61,058 bases of DNA, taken from assembly GCA_052034485.1 (NCBI GenBank), contig JBPOIM010000020.1, positions 1 through 61,058 on the forward strand. The letters are read 5' to 3'. The notes under the pieces are model-generated. The model worked only from the letters and a program-made list of their open reading frames with translations, was not told the DNA's origin and searched no databases. This DNA comes from Candidatus Anderseniibacteriota bacterium (GTDB taxonomy: Bacteria > Patescibacteriota > Andersenbacteria > UBA10190). Shown one piece after another: positions 60,549 to 61,058 of the stretch; positions within the stretch are counted from its first letter, which is position 1, and every line of letters begins with the position of its first letter. A program made the translations under genes and the position numbers.

Positions 60549-61058
60549 ATGTATTTGTTGCCTGTTCGAGTGTTGGGCTTGCAGCGTCTTTATCGGAAAG
60601 AATCGGGGTATTTGTTGGCCAGGTAATGCCAATGGTCGAATCGTTCCAAATAATTCCCCCTTCATGTTCTTTTGAGTACTCATCGCTGCAGTAGTACACA
60701 AATTCAGTATCGTCTTCTAATGCACAAAAGCCATGCGCAAATCCTTTTGGAATATACAACATGTTTTTCTGGTCTGCCGTAAGGGTTGCAGAAACCCACT
60801 TGCCATATGTTGGAGAATTTTTTCGAATATCTACCGCAACATCAAACGCACTTCCGCGAGTAACCTGTACCAACTTTGCCTGCGCCTTGGGAGGAAGCTG
60901 GTAGTGAAGTGCGCGGATCACATCTTTCTTACTTCGGGAATAATTAATCTGCACAAATTGTTCACCAATTCCCGCTGCAGCAAAATCAGAATACTTAAAC
61001 ACTTCTGCAAATGCGCCGCGGTCATCAGGAAACACGCTCGGTTGTACAAGAATTACTT
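60538..61058 (-). CDS. rmlC: dTDP-4-dehydrorhamnose 3,5-epimerase (N-terminus outside window)
   Basis: The frame stays open upstream of the ORF-track GTG at 61035 up to the window edge (..VILVQPSVFPDDRGAFAEVF, the RmlC N-terminal pattern). RALHYQ, RGSAFDVAVDIR, YIPKGFAHGF. Confidence 0.85.
   Translation of the reverse strand, partial: VILVQPSVFPDDRGAFAEVFKYSDFAAAGIGEQFVQINYSRSKKDVIRALHYQLPPKAQAKLVQVTRGSAFDVAVDIRKNSPTYGKWVSATLTADQKNMLYIPKGFAHGFCALEDDTEFVYYCSDEYSKEHEGGIIWNDSTIGITWPTNTPILSDKDAASPTLEQATNTFDK

Noticed and set aside
1-61058. CRISPR arrays, tRNA/rRNA genes, IS elements, integrases, prophage or defence-system genes
   Set aside because: Intergenic spacers are all 114 nt or shorter. 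No repeat-spacer periodicity, no transposase- or integrase-like ORF, and no nuclease/ATPase pairs were seen. All long ORFs are accounted for by envelope and glycan functions.

Overview
This 61-kb window is almost gap-free coding sequence. I call 49 protein genes. The longest intergenic spacer is 114 nt. I saw no rRNA, tRNA, CRISPR array, transposase or integrase. All homology calls were made by eye from motifs; no searches were run. The window is dominated by one very large cell-surface glycosylation locus. It contains 16 large polytopic membrane proteins of GT-C type (PMT/ArnT-like with a loop-1 DE motif, and YfhO-like), which sum to about 29.8 kb, roughly half the window. It also contains four GT2 genes of polyprenyl-phosphate-sugar synthase type (DPM1/GtrB-like), one of them fused in frame to a GT-C domain, and five GT4 genes. 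There are four SAM methyltransferases with hydrophobic C-terminal tails and one sugar C-methyltransferase. Sugar-modifying genes include a DegT-fold enzyme whose Schiff-base Lys appears replaced by His (3-dehydratase-like), several SDR epimerase/reductases including a UDP-glucuronate 4-epimerase-like gene, and an AsnB-type amidotransferase. An 11-gene minus-strand string interleaves the complete ADP-L-glycero-D-manno-heptose pathway (gmhA, hldA, gmhB, hldC, hldD) with rmlD and rmlA; rmlC lies further upstream and no rmlB is visible. At 44.7-48.7 kb the locus is interrupted by housekeeping genes: murA (natural Asp115), mreB, a PEGA/beta-propeller membrane protein and csrA. Gene orientation switches 17 times with tiny or negative spacers. 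At least 12 genes carry a TAnnnT -10-like hexamer exactly at -12..-7 from the ATG, which implies leaderless mRNAs. A GC-richer Nudix gene with its own canonical promoter, SD and terminator sits between rmlC and rmlD. The host is probably a bacterium with a compact genome, possibly Patescibacteria/CPR-like, but that is inference only.
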